Assembly: GCA_012295275.1 (NCBI GenBank)
Contig: CM022673.1
Location: 11,408,001 to 11,472,000, forward strand
DNA length: 64,000 bases
Source of the DNA: Chrysomallon squamiferum
Lineage: Eukaryota; Animalia; Mollusca
Reading direction: 5' to 3'
In this document: in pieces, positions 24,560-38,160 of the stretch
How positions within the stretch are numbered: the first letter of the stretch is position 1
How the letters are laid out: each line of letters begins with the position of its first letter
Program-made: the position numbers and the translations under genes
Notes under the pieces: model-generated
Told to the model about the DNA's origin: nothing
Database searches by the model: none
The model's input: the letters and a program-made list of their open reading frames with translations, nothing else

Positions 24560-27500
24560 GATATACCTTATTTACAGATAATGAAGTTTTGATAGTAAAT
24601 TACGTTTTCACTATTTGGCCACATTAATATCTGCGTTTTAGATGTAGAATTGAGTCATAAGATGGCACCAGCTAATAATTTTGATGTGTTTGTTAATCTA
24701 AAAATGATACAAGTAAAAGGTTAATGACATACACCATTTTGATTCGGAACCATTTTTCTTGTAGTCATCTTCAAATGAACTGAATGAGAATTCAAGAAAC
24801 AATACCAGTTCAGGTAAGTTTTCTGTCTTTTCAGTACAGGCCAAACAAAATGACACTATAAAATAATTTCTTTGTTAAACAATACTCGATCGACAAGAAG
24901 ATTATCTGAAAGTAAATAAAAGTTTACTACCGTCTTGAAGTCAGGAAGAAATACTATGTTGGAGATCAGAATATACAGATTTAATTCTGTAATCATTATT
25001 CCCTAATTTTGTTATTTTAGTGGTTTTTATCTCATTAGGAAAACATATAACAAATTTTACTGGATATTTAATTTGTTTTAAATATGTTTTAAAATTCTTG
25101 GCTTTTTGTTTATTTAGACTATTTAGAACATGACATACAAGATAGGAAAAAGTTTAAGTGGCAAACAGACAAGAACAGTCCCAAGAAACACGAGACATTT
25201 AAAGAGGGGTAATATTTAGTTTTAGCATTTTTGAAGAATTTGGTGAAGTTAATATGATACTGCTACACAGCTACAACACATTTGTTCAAAGAAAGATCTG
25301 ATACTTTTGGTGAAAGATAAACCAAACATTATAGTATTGAAGTACATGAGTGGTTTTTGAAAAATAAGTTAAAAATGTATATGGCAAAATTGTTAACAAA
25401 TAACAATAAATGTATATGGAATGTTTGGACTAAAGTAAAGTAATCCTGGGTATGATAAATGTTTGGATTGTTGTTGAAGGCTTAACAGTGTTATAAAAAA
25501 TACAACAACAACAACAATAATAATAAAATTAATAACAAAAATAATAATAAACTAAAAAAACAATAAATACTAGTTAAATATCTGAGTAAGGTAACTATAT
25601 AAACATAACTATATAATGCATTTCTTTTTATTTTGTCTTTCATAATTGATTTTACCAGGAATGTTAGGATTTTTAAAATTTTATTATTTTTTTTTTTATT
25701 TCCTTTAAATCAAAAACAGGTGTGTTATTCTTGGTACCAACGAAGAAGTGACAAAATTGGTGGATTCAGTTTCCCAGGTTGAAAAAAGGACTGGTGTCAT
25801 AACTGATACGGTAATAATTATTTCCTAGTTAATCTTACTGTATGCACAGCAGTGTGAATACACCTAGTAAAAGTAAAAAATAAAATTTAATTCTTCAAAA
25901 TTGCTTCTTTGATTTTTTGCAAACATTATTTGAAGGTGATGAATTATGACCGTAAAATAACGTTTTGAGGATTCAAGAAAAATTCATTTTTGTTTTGTCA
26001 TATTAATACATGTGTTTTACATGTACAACTGAGTCATAAGATGGCACCAGCTAATAATTTTGTTAAACTAACAGTGTAAGTGATACAAGTACAAGATTAA
26101 TGACACACACCGTTTTGATTCTGAGCCATTTTTCTTGTAGTCAATCCATCCATCAAGTTCAAATCAGCTGAATGAGAATGAACAATACACATTGGTAGAA
26201 AAACTTGGAAGAGGCAGTTTTGGAGATGTTTGTTCCTATAAACACTTGGTAACAAAAAAGGATTTTGTCAGCAAAAAGGTTGGTTGCACAGTTTTTAAAA
26301 CCTTTTTTTTTTCTTCTTTTTTTGTACATAAACAAATCCTGAACATAGAGCTATGAATATCTGGTGAGAAATTGATACTTCAAGCTTCTAAAGAATGAAA
26401 GTGTAATTCAAAGTTATGAAATAATCAGTTCTTCAACAATATATACACACAATCACTATTCTGTTTCTAATGGACATAATGAAATCACTGGAGAAATAGT
26501 TTTAATACAGAGTTTAAATGTTGTTGCATCTTTCTCTCTTGTGTTTTTTTTTTTAAAGTCTTGGCTTCATAGTCTCATCCTTAGCACTTGTGCAAATACA
26601 CATTTTTGTGGTTTTTGAAGTAAAAATAATTTCATTGTATGTTTGAATATCCTACAAAGGAATTCCAAATATTTTCTATAAATTCCACCCAGCAAACAAA
26701 GCAAAACAAGCCACAGCAGACATCATCCATTTAGTCCTTCTGATGGTATATGAATATACTGTAATCAATTATTAAGGCAATGTTTTTTTATTTTTTTTAT
26801 TTTAGATCACAGGTAGATTCCATCGCAAGAAAGTTTACATATTAATGCAGCTGGATCATCCAAACATTACAAAGTTTCTGGGTTTCGTTGTTGCCAATGG
26901 AATACCAAAGATTCTGATGGAATATGCAGGTTTGTTTGTATTTTGAAATAAAGTGGTAAGATTCATTATAATTTGTTAACATAAAAACATATTGAAGCTA
27001 AATATATCTGCAGTGCAGTTTGTCAAATTTGCTGACTTTAGTAATGAAAGTTACACTGACCTATATGTGGTAAACGTAAAAAAAAAAATACATAGACACA
27101 AACAGGTTTCTGCTTAAGTCCAGGTAAAGTAGTGCAAATATAAAACAAAAAACGTTCTGCATAAAGTTACATATTTTGATCTGTTCTCTTTTACTAGCAT
27201 TTATTGGTGTAGGAGTGAGAATTTTTGAAAATTTTTTTGGCAATGGAGCAAACGTTTTTTTCTTCCTTCAGATTTACAATTTAATGTCTCTCAAGTGAAC
27301 ATAATTCAGTAATGTTTTGATTAAGGAAAACAAAATTTGAATTTTGATCACCACACTTTTGCCAGAAGTATAAGCAATTTTGACATGTTTTAATGAGTGA
27401 AGTTTCGATAACTATTCAAAGTGAATAATGACACAAAACTTCATTTGTTTTTGAATTAAAAAACAAATTACAAAAATGATGCTAAATTTATTTTCCAGGA

Positions 27501-29771
27501 CCTTCTCTGAAAAAACTGATGGAGAGTGGTGAATTTAAGAAGATTTCAGATTTGACCAACATTCTGGAATTAAGTTCACAATTACTTGCTGCCCTCAAAT
27601 ACATGCACCAGTATGGCATCTGGCATTTGGACATTAAACGTGAGAACAATGTTTTTTTTTGTTAATATTTAATTATTTTCTTACATATGAAGTTTTTATT
27701 ATTGTTGTTCTTGTTGTTAGTATTATTGCTTTTTTGTATATTGCACATTCTGTTCAGTTTCTTCTGCTAATAATTTACCTGTATAAATCTTCTTTTTCAT
27801 GATTCTCAAAAAATACATATGAAAGTCCAACATTAAGTACTTAAATATTTTTAAATTTCAAGAAAATGTTCAAAAGTGAATACAAATCTTTAAAAATATA
27901 ATTACCGTAATTATGATCTTCATTAGTAAATTTCTCTTGAAGTTTTTTGTGTGAACCATGTTTCATTGTACGTTAATACTCTGTAGATTTAAAGAACTGA
28001 TTTTGATCAGATGCTGATTTAAGCTGATGTGATCTATGAATAACAATCATACTTAATGTGAATATTTTTAGTAATGGTAAAATAACTTGGACACATCCAG
28101 CATCAAAAGATGAAAATGTATATACAGTCTAAAAAAACTTCATTCGTAGTTAAAATAAATAATAAAATAAAAAATAATTTAAAATGTTTATTCCATTCCA
28201 TAGAAAAAAAACCTGAATATCATGAATGTTTTATTTTATTTTATTTTATTTATTTCTTTTTTTTTCAGCTGAAAATATCTGTATTTTAATAAAACCTGAG
28301 CTTATACTTAAAATCACCGATTTTGGCTCTGTGAAAACCCCACAAGATCCTATAAGCTCTACTGGCTGGACACCAGAGTACATGAGTCCAGAGGCTTGTT
28401 TCTTCGTACTTAAAGAAAAATTGCAAAACGGAGAAAAGGATGTGCAGTTGTCTGAAAAAGCAGATATATACAGCTTTGGCCTTACAGTTGCATTTATGAT
28501 GAGTGGCTACCACATTGTGCAGCAGTTCATCATCAGTTATTTAATGACTGAAGAAGAAAGCAAAGATCAACAGAAATACATGGAGAAGCAATTTCAGATT
28601 ATTGATCATGTAAGTTTACAAACTGCAGAAAACTTAATAATATTTAGAAATTAGATTATTAATTAAATTGAATATGGGATCCATTCAATTTTGTCATTGT
28701 TTAATAGCCATAATGATAATAATGTTCATTTTGAGAATATGTTACTCTAATTAACTTATATTATCTATAATAAAGACATTTTTTGTTTTTATTTTTATTA
28801 TGCTTAAATAATTTTGATTCTGTTCAGATTCATTAGTTTTCATCTGTTTAATGATTCAACATTATTTCAAAGGTTGCTAGAGATCCAAACTTGGTTAAAA
28901 AACATGCTATCAAAAGTAATTGGCCAGAAGTCATCAGAACTCTCCTGGAGAACACTTTAAAAGGAGATGCTAACATCCGTTGGTCTGCTGCTCAGGCTTT
29001 GGACTACATTAAACTTAAAGGTTTGTTTCTGATATTTATATGGAATCTTGAATTATACGTAATTATTGTCTTTTTTTAATTAATTTTTTTTTTTAATGTT
29101 AACATTGCATGCTTTTGTTTGAACACAAACCTGTACTAATGCTATTTGTTTACAAATATTTGTATTTTTTATTTTATTTTGTTACATTATATGTAATTTG
29201 ATTCTCAGAATTACTGTAGCAATATTTCATTCTAGACAGAGAACACAAAACTTGATGGGTTTAAATGTTTATTTCTGAAACATTGGATAATGGTCACAGA
29301 GCTGAATTCACTTTTAAGAACCAAATATGACATCTGTTATCCTTCATGGGGGGAGGCAGGTTTCTTACCTCTTATACATGTTCTCAGAACATTGCAACCA
29401 ATGTTTAATCTCTGATTCCTTTGGAGAATCTGAATTTGGCATCTTTGTAATACCATCAACATTTCCAGTTAAAACTGAACAGAAGTTATTATTATTAATT
29501 TTTTTTTTCTTCAGTAGGACAAAAACAACTGCCAACAGTTGTTGGGTCTCCTGTCTGTCAAGGAGATGGTAACATTCCTGATTTCAGCCAGTTGAAGTCA
29601 TCCCTGGGAAGTAAATGGCCTGACGAAGAGTCCACGACAGGAAAAATGATAAGAAATAAACTGAGGAATAAACTGAAAGGAAAACACGGAAACCAGCCAT
29701 ATGAACTTCGTGATAAAGTGGAACCAGAAAAAGTACAAAATGCATTGCCCATTTTCAATGAAATCATGTGA
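22487..29771 (+). CDS. MAP3K14(NIK)/MAP3K8-like Ser/Thr kinase, copy 1 (about 571 aa; alphaC Glu replaced by Lys)
   Basis: 14 phase-compatible exons: 22487-22501, 23104-23202, 23382-23466, 23774-23861, 24405-24465, 24765-24813, 25127-25208, 25720-25810, 26141-26278 (LGRGSFGDV, FVSKK), 26806-26929, 27499-27639 (HLDIKP), 28269-28609 (EN, DFG, TPEYMSPE, DIYSFG), 28873-29020, 29518-29771. The N-terminal exons are less certain than the kinase exons. Confidence 0.88.
22967..26180 (+). repeat. Intragenic exon-intron duplications in kinase copy 1
   Basis: Intron block 22967-23086 is repeated at 23245-23364. A block of about 1.35 kb at 23460-24790 is repeated at 24807-26180, introns included. Confidence 0.9.
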
Positions 29772-30745
29772 CTAACAAAGGAAATGAGAAAGTTTAAACG
29801 AACATTAATACTTGAACATTTTATTTCTTCACTTAAATGGTGGTGGGTTTTATTTGACTTGCTTGTAACAAATGTGCTGTGTATTTTTTTATCTTTTTAA
29901 AATTCATTCCCAGTTTTATTACTATATTTGTTAATGTACCGGTGAACATTGGCATTCATATATATTTATATAATTTTAACTGTACATTTTTAGTGATGTG
30001 TCAAACTCTCTTCTGAATGTATACTGTATTCATTTGATTTACACACATCATTGCCCGAAATAAAACAGTTAGAAACAGAACAGATCAAAACAAATCAAAA
30101 TGATTTTCACTGAGCATTTTTGTTGTTTGAAACAGCTGTCCAAATATCACATTCATTTGGAAAAATTTATAACCAATTTTTTACAATTTATTTGTCTAGA
30201 TTTTAACCATTTTATCAAGAGTAGATAGTACAGATGTTCAGATTTGAATATGATAATTTAAAAATAAATAAAGAGGTATACTTTCAAATAAAAACTGATT
30301 GATGTGCTGGTGGAAATCCTGATACTTGTAAATTTTCAATAATGGTTCTCTTCAGACTTTCTCTACAAACTTTACTGGCCTGAAGTAAAATAGTTAAAAA
30401 CCGAACTGATCAAAACAAAACAAAATGATTTTCACTGAGCATTTTTGTTGTTTGAAACTGCTGTCCAAATATCTCATTGATTTGGAAAAGTTTATAACCA
30501 ATTTTTTACAATTTGTTTGTCAAGATTTTAACCATTTTATGAAGAGTAATTAGTACAGATGTTCAGATTTGAATATAATTTATAAATAAATAAAGAGGTA
30601 TACTATCAGATAAAAACTGATTGATGTGTAATTTGCACTTTATATATATATATATATATATATATTTGCTGGTAGAAATCCTAATATTTGTAAATTATCA
30701 ATAATGGAACTGAATTGATTTGCATTTGATCAGAAATTGAGTACA

Positions 30746-30821
30746 GATGGGTTAGCTCAATTTGGTAAAGAGCATTGGCTTTCCATGCCAGAGTATTTTG
30801 GTTCAAATCCAGAACCCATCA
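30746..30821 (+). tRNA. tRNA-like cloverleaf, anticodon TCC (Gly), non-canonical body
   Basis: Acceptor stem GATGGGT/ACCCATC plus A; D arm GCTC/GAGC with TAGCTCAA..TGG (A box); anticodon arm TTGGC-TTTCCAT-GCCAG; T arm TTTGG-TTCAAAT-CCAGA (B box). Confidence 0.6.
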
Positions 30822-32289
30822 TTATGATGATGCAAATCATATCAGACTTCCTTTCTTATTTGTGTTTTTTAATCATGAATATAATAACATTTAAATATTG
30901 TGTCTTTTTGGGACCAAATCAGCTTTCTGCATTTCAGAGTACATGTAGTTGTTTTATTTGTAAACTAAATTCAGTATTTGCTTTTTGTAAAAGGTCTATA
31001 GATTTTCAAGCTTGCTGCCATTATCCTTCATTATCATTTAATTTTTCTTAATATTATCTAATTTTTTATATATATTTTTTTATATTAAGAGATCATTCTC
31101 TTTATTTATATTTTAAGTAATAAATAAATTGATCATGAAATATATTTATAAGTTTATATTACCATACCCCTTTGTAAATATTACTTAATAGACACAAAAT
31201 AATACAAAAGATGAATTGTCTAAGGTTTTTAATTAGAGACAAATATGTATTTTTCAGGATAATATATTGAAATTAATTGTTTAAAAGAGATAAAATGAAT
31301 AAACGTCAGTCCTAAATGTAATAGAGGATCTGTCATCAAAAAGCATTGTGTTGTTGAAATATCTATAGACTGCTTGCCTTCATTTTTGTTACACTTTGAT
31401 TAAAATAAAAATTTACATAGAAACAAAACATTTTGCTTTGAATTTTATTTAAAAAGCAACAACCATGTCCCTGGTCAAATTATTTCAGTGGCTACAGTAT
31501 TTATAGGAAACCTATTTTCCTGACCAACATCAAATGACAACTCAACAAACACTGATTAGAAAATATAGCTTTATTATTAGCAAAGAACTGGCCCTAGGAC
31601 AAATAACAAAATGCATTAACAAATGTTTCTGATTAGTGATGATCTACTCTTTGTACAGTGTATTTTTAAAATTTATTTTTTTATAATTGTAAAATTGTTT
31701 TTATTTTTACGGAATATTTGTTTTATTTTCTACATTTTTATTTGTTGTGGTTTATTATAATTTATTTTGGGTATCAGCTTTAGGTATACCTTATTGTTTA
31801 AATATACGATTGATTAATTTATTTATCTGAGTGGCTTTTTAAAATTTTGTAAATACTTTGATAACTTTTTATACAGCAAGTTCATATACAAATTTTATGA
31901 ATTTTTGAACAAGATGGAATTAAATATTCATTCGACAGAAAAAGAATAGGATGTTCACTTTTCAGTTTTGCTGGAAGATTAATATAACTAAAGGAAAATA
32001 ATAGGCCGAATATGGGATATTTGATGTAATATTAGATAACAGAATATGTGATGTAAAATCAGAACGTGGGCAAAATGTTACGTAAAATTAAAATACGGAA
32101 GATATAGTATCAAACAAATATGGGAAAATGTGATATTAGACTGTGGGTAAAAAAATCATAATAATCATAAAAAAGTTTTGGAAATTCGTCACAGTTTTCC
32201 AGGACCTTAACGTTCTGCTACCTTGGCTTTGGAAATGTTACGGAAAATTATGTCCTTGCCGTAAATAAAATGTAAGAAATACTGGTTCG

Positions 32290-32351
32290 TGTCACTAATA
32301 TTTAGCCCCCACCCAACGCCCCCGTTTTAGCCAATATAATGAGGTGGCGTT

Positions 32352-32398
<47 letters not shown>

Positions 32399-32612
32399 CG
32401 ACTCCGGGCTATGTGCGCTTGCGTGAGATACGCACATTGTTAATTTAAAACAGCTGTATTTCGTTTTCCTGTGTTCCAGGTTTTTATTTTTGGGTTTTTT
32501 TTTTTTTTAAATATTTTTAATTATCAATAAAAGGTGATATTCACTGCAAACTTTCATCAAACTGGCAGAATAGACTAAGTGGTCAGTGTAATTGATTACA
32601 ACATTGGTAAGT
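32290..32612 (+). promoter_or_regulatory. Candidate promoter and non-coding first exon upstream of kinase copy 2
   Basis: Locally CpG-richer. C-rich boxes and CCAAT (about 32305-32336), IRF-type TTTCGTTTTC (32459-32468), strong donor G|GTAAGT at 32607. Confidence 0.35.
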
Positions 32613-32956
32613 GTGTATCGTTGCGTTGTCGTACTTTTGGTATCAACATGCACGCACTGACGCAGTGATACGCCACATAATTAATGATTTAATGCAACGG
32701 CAATCAACTCTTCCAACCAATTCAAGTTTCTAAATGCAATAACACATACTACTTACAGAAGCGGCTTACACATTATTTGAAATAGAAAATAAAATTCACA
32801 AATAAAGTACACCGTCATATAACCGCCCCCTCCTACTTCGAAAAGAAATGTAGCGAGCTATAGTCGAAAAAAAAAACACGTTAATGTAGGTCACATTAAG
32901 GATGTCGTTGTAGTACACACGAATATAAATAAACATTGCTTTGATTGTGTCTTGGA

Positions 32957-33210
32957 AGGTTGCAGGAAAATATGGTACCGGAGAAAAAGGCACTGGAAAA
33001 AATGGCACACTGCAGATTAGGAAAAAATGGCAATCGGAGTAAATGGCACTGTGCAGATTATAATTTTTTTTTTTACAGTTTATTCATGCAATATTATTAC
33101 ATACATGTATATTAATATATTGCATTAATCTGCCACTTGGTTTTGTTTAACAAAGTACAGTATTATATAGGAGTTTAATATTATACACATACGTATACAC
33201 ACATCTACAC

Positions 33211-33254
<44 letters not shown>

Positions 33255-33740
33255 TTTCATATGTACATAGACGAATAAGTACATTCATACATACAGACAC
33301 GTTCATACAGATGTACCTAATGTAAATATATACACCATAGTTAAAATATCCTCCAGAATGATATCATTTAGTCAATTCAAACACTGAATACAAAATGTGT
33401 GTGTGGTGTACACATATATATTTATGTGTATATGTGTAATATTAAATACTGTAATATTAAATACTGATATAATACTGTACTTTGTTAAGTAAAACAATAC
33501 TGTACTTTGTTGAGTGATGCTGTATATTAATACACATATATTTAATAATATTGCATAAATAAACTATATTTTCAAAAGTACTTTTGAGCTTATTTTTTTT
33601 TTGAAGCAACTCTACAGAAAAAAATATAAGGTGCTGTTTTTTCCAAATCTGCACAGTGCCATTTCTTCCAGGTGCCATTTTTTTCCCCGGGTGCCAATTT
33701 TTCCAGTGCTATTTTTTCCGTTGCCATTTTTTCAGTACCC
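32957..33740. mobile_element. Non-autonomous long-TIR (foldback/Mutator-like) DNA transposon
   Basis: Direct repeat GTCTTGGA at 32949-32956 and 33741-33748 (target-site duplication). Both ends are built of inverted GGAAAAAATGGCAC-like subrepeats, and inverted similarity extends about 250 bp inward. No ORF. Confidence 0.85.
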
Positions 33741-34852
33741 GTCTTGGAGAGGGGGAATCATCGAGCTTTACTTCGTATTTTGTATAGTAAGGTGTTACAA
33801 GGGGGTGGGTGAGTGTTTAATTTTGACAAAAATAACGTTGTGTAATATTTGAACGGCCCGTTAGGTTTATTTTTCATTTAAGGGTTAGGGCTTAGGGCGA
33901 TGAATAGAGGGGGATAGGTCTCATTGTACCCAGTGTATTGAATTAGCGACAAAGCGAGCACGGTTAGAAAAAGATTTTGAATCACTATCTTCATCTGCTG
34001 ATGAACTGGCAGAATCTGCTTAGAATAAAGAATATCTCACTCATTTGACTAAATCTAATAGTTTCAGGAAGACTGTGAAAGCAAAAAACAAAACAAACAA
34101 CAACAACAACATCAACTTGAAACTAAGGTCGTAAATTGTGAAATAATAAACCTTGCAGAGAAGTCCAACTGATAATTCAGACCACAAACTCATAAGAAGT
34201 AGGATCTGTGGCATTTTTAAGATATGGGTTATTAACTGAATAGGAAGAAAGGAACGCGACAACTGTTTATGAATCAGTACTTCTATATTCATATCTGTGG
34301 CAATTTGCCTTACACGTCATAGTCTTGTCCACTCCTAGAATAAAACTCCATTTTGAAACGCCAAAATAAATTAGATTATTATTATTATTTGTTTTTTTGT
34401 ATTATTAGTAATCCTACATGCATACCACTCAGCTTAGTCAAGGCAAACGTTTTAACTCTAACAAACGTCTAAAAAATGAAAAAAAAAATAAAAAAAAAAA
34501 ATAAAAAAAAAAACCCCACCTTGTTGTGATTGAGATTGCTTGGAGTTTGGAAATTTGGATTTGTGGGCTATGGAAAGTTTTGGAAAAGTTATAGAAAATT
34601 TGACAGGCCAAGATGTACGAACCCTGTGTATCATTACATATACATATATATATAGTATCTAGATAGTATCTAAAACCCATCCAATATCTATACAGTAAAT
34701 ATTTAAATTTAAAGTGTGCAAAGAAATAGTTTAAATATATTCTGCATGCATCAAAATTATGTAGTAGTAATAAGAGTAATATAATGATGGAAATGTTACT
34801 AGAAAGGACAGCATTAATAACAATAGAAGTGTTATTAGATGTGAATTTTTTA

Positions 34853-34904
<52 letters not shown>

Positions 34905-35392
34905 TGGGACCAAATCAGTTTTCTGTTTTTGTCAATTTTTATTTGTAAATGAAATTCAGTCTTTGCTTTCTGTAAGTAATTCAAAAGAAGTATAACTGTT
35001 AAAGCATTCAGCCATTACCTTTTATTTGTCATTTTATCTTTCTTTCTTTATTTATTTAGTTTAAATTAAAATATTTTTTTCTGTTAGTATTTATATTTAT
35101 TATTTTTTTTAAATTATATAAATAATCGTGAAATATATTTGTAAGTTTAGATTACAATACCACTTTGTGAATATTACTTAATGCACCAAAAAATAACGCA
35201 GACGGTGAATAACATTAGCAGTAGTAACAAACAAAACAACAATTACAACAATATTAAAGTCGTAGACTATTGTTGAAGACATAATATATAAAAACACAAT
35301 AAAGAATAAATATAATTTATATGAATGAGGTGATTATATAAAATTCAGAAATTTACCAGAATTTTTTAATTTTTTTATTTATTTATTTTTAG

Positions 35393-38127
35393 ATGTGTTG
35401 TTTGGGGTTCAAAAAGTGCAGTGGAAGACTTGCTGTGTTCAGATAGAAATTTCAAAAGAAAGACTGGAGTAGTCATTGAAAGGGTAAAGTTTACTTTGTT
35501 GACCTTATTCAAGTTACTGTATGCACAGCAGTATGATTAAACTGAAAAAATTAAAAAATTAAAAAATTCTTCAAAATTCTTCTTTCATTTGTGGCATACC
35601 TTATTTGCTGGTAATGAAGTTTGACAGTAAAATAACAAGTTTGTGAGGATTCAAGATATTTTTTTTTTTTTTTTTTTCAAATACTATTCTTTGTCTCATA
35701 ACTGAAGACTCAAGTGTAGAGAAATGTAAAGAGAATACAGCAACTGTTGAAAATGTTACCACAGTAAAAGAGACAGTGTTATTTTATTATTATTGAATAC
35801 AGTAACTTGAAAATATTGAAAATATATTTGTAAATTACATTTTCACTATTTGGCCATATTAATACATGTGTTTTACATGTAGAACTGAGTCATAAGATGG
35901 CACTAGCTAAACATTTTGATGACAAGTTCAAAATTAATGACAAACACCATTTTTCTTGTAGTCAATACATCCATCAAATGCAAATCAGCTGATTGAGAAT
36001 GAACAATACACATTGGAAGAAAAACTTGGAAGAGGCAGTTTTGGAGATGTTTGTTCCTATAAACACGTGGTAACAAAAAAGGACTTTGTCATCAAAAAGG
36101 TTGGTTCTGCACAGTTTTTTAAACATTTTTTTTCTTCTGTATGTAAATGAATCATGAACAAGTTTTTCTAGATCGATAAACATTTGGAGAGAAATTGATC
36201 CTTCAAGCTTCTAAAAAGTGATTGAAATTTGTATTTCTCACTGACAAATTTGAAAGTGTAATTCAAAGTTACATGAATTACATTTTACAAATTATGAAAT
36301 AATCAGTTCTCCAACAATATGTATACACAATAATTCTTTCATTTGTAATGAAATCACTGGAGAAGTAGTTTTAATATGGATTTAAAAAGTTCCTGCATCT
36401 TTCTCTCTCATGTTTTTAAAAAGTTTTGGCTTCATAGGCTCAACACTTATGGAAATACACAATCATCCATTTAGACCCTTCTGATGGTATATGAATATAC
36501 TGTAATTAATTATTAAGACAATGTTTTTTTTATTTTTAATTTTTAGATCATGTGTAGATTCCGACGCAGGGAAGTTGAAGTACTAATGCAGCTGGATCAT
36601 CCAAACATTACAAAGTTTCTGGGTTTCGTTGTTGACAATGAAATACCAGAGATCCTGATGGAATATGCAGGTTTGTTTGTATTTTGAAATAAAGTGGTAA
36701 GATTCATTATAATTTGTTAACATAAAAACATATTGAAGCTAAATATTTCTGCAGTGCAGTTTGTCAAATTGCAGAACTATGTAATGAAAGTTGCATTGAC
36801 CTGTGTGTGGTGAAGTGTAAGTAAAATATACGTAGGCACAAATAGGTTTTCATTTAAGGCCAGAAGTTTCTGCATAAAGTTTGATCTGTTCTATTTTACA
36901 TGCATTTATTGATGTAGGAGTAAGAATTGTTTTAAAAATCTCATAGGAATAAATATTTTTTTTAAAAGTTGTTTGGCATTTATTTTACATTGTTTTCATC
37001 CAAAAGTTTAAACAATTTTGACATGTTTTTTTTTTTTTTTTTTTACCTTTACTATTTAATGTCTCTCAAGTGAATATAATACAATAATGATATGATTAAG
37101 GAAAACAAAATTGAATTTTGCTTGATGTATAATCAATTTTGACATGTTTTAATGAGTGAACTTTTGTTACAATCAAACCAAATAATCAGCTGTAAAATGC
37201 TTATTTCTAAACTTGCTAAATATTTTCATGGTTTTTTATTTACATCATATAATGATAAAGAATTTAAAAAGTAAATGTTAAAATACAGCAGGATAACTAT
37301 TCAAAGTGTTTAATGATGCAAAACTTAATTTGTTTTAAAAAAAAAAAAAAAAAAAAAAAAATGATGCAAAATTTATTTTCCAGGACCTTCCCTGAAAAAA
37401 CTGATGATCACTGGTAAATTTCAAAAGATTTCAGATTTGACCAACATTCTGGAATTAAGTTCACAATTACTTGCTGCCCTCAAATACATGCACCAGTATG
37501 GCATCTGGCATTTGGACATTAAATGTGAGAACAATGTTGTTGTTTTTGTATTTAATTATTTTCTTACTTACGAAGTTTTTATGCGTATTATATTATTACC
37601 TTTTTTTATATATATATTATATTCTGTTCCAGTTTCTTTTATTAATAAATTATGTGTAACAATGTTAGTTATTTTCATAATTCTCACAAAATGCACATTC
37701 AAAAGTGTCAAAATTAAGTACTTAAATATTTTTAAATTTCAAGAAAATGTTTAAAAGTGAATACAAATCTTTAAAAATATAATTTTTGCTTGTAGATCTG
37801 TAGTCCTTATACATTAGTAAATTTCTCTTGAAGTTTTCTGTGTGAATCATGTTTCATTGTATGTTAATTCTCTGTATATTTAAAGATTAGATTTAGATCA
37901 GAAGTTTATTTAAGCTGATGTGATCTATGAATAACAATCATACTTAATGTACCTATTTTTAGTAATGGTAAAATAACTTGGACAAGTCTTCAGCATCAAA
38001 ACTGCATTTGTAGTTAAAAAAATAAATAATAATATTGGTGCATGCTACTTTAATTTAAAACATTTATTCTCTGCCATAGAAAAACAATCTGAATATCATG
38101 AATTATTTCTTTATTTTATTTTATTAT

Positions 38128-38160
<33 letters not shown>

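Noticed and set aside
33881-33898. Telomere-like GGGTTAGGGCTTAGGG
   Set aside because: Only about two units; too short to call an interstitial telomere or Helentron.
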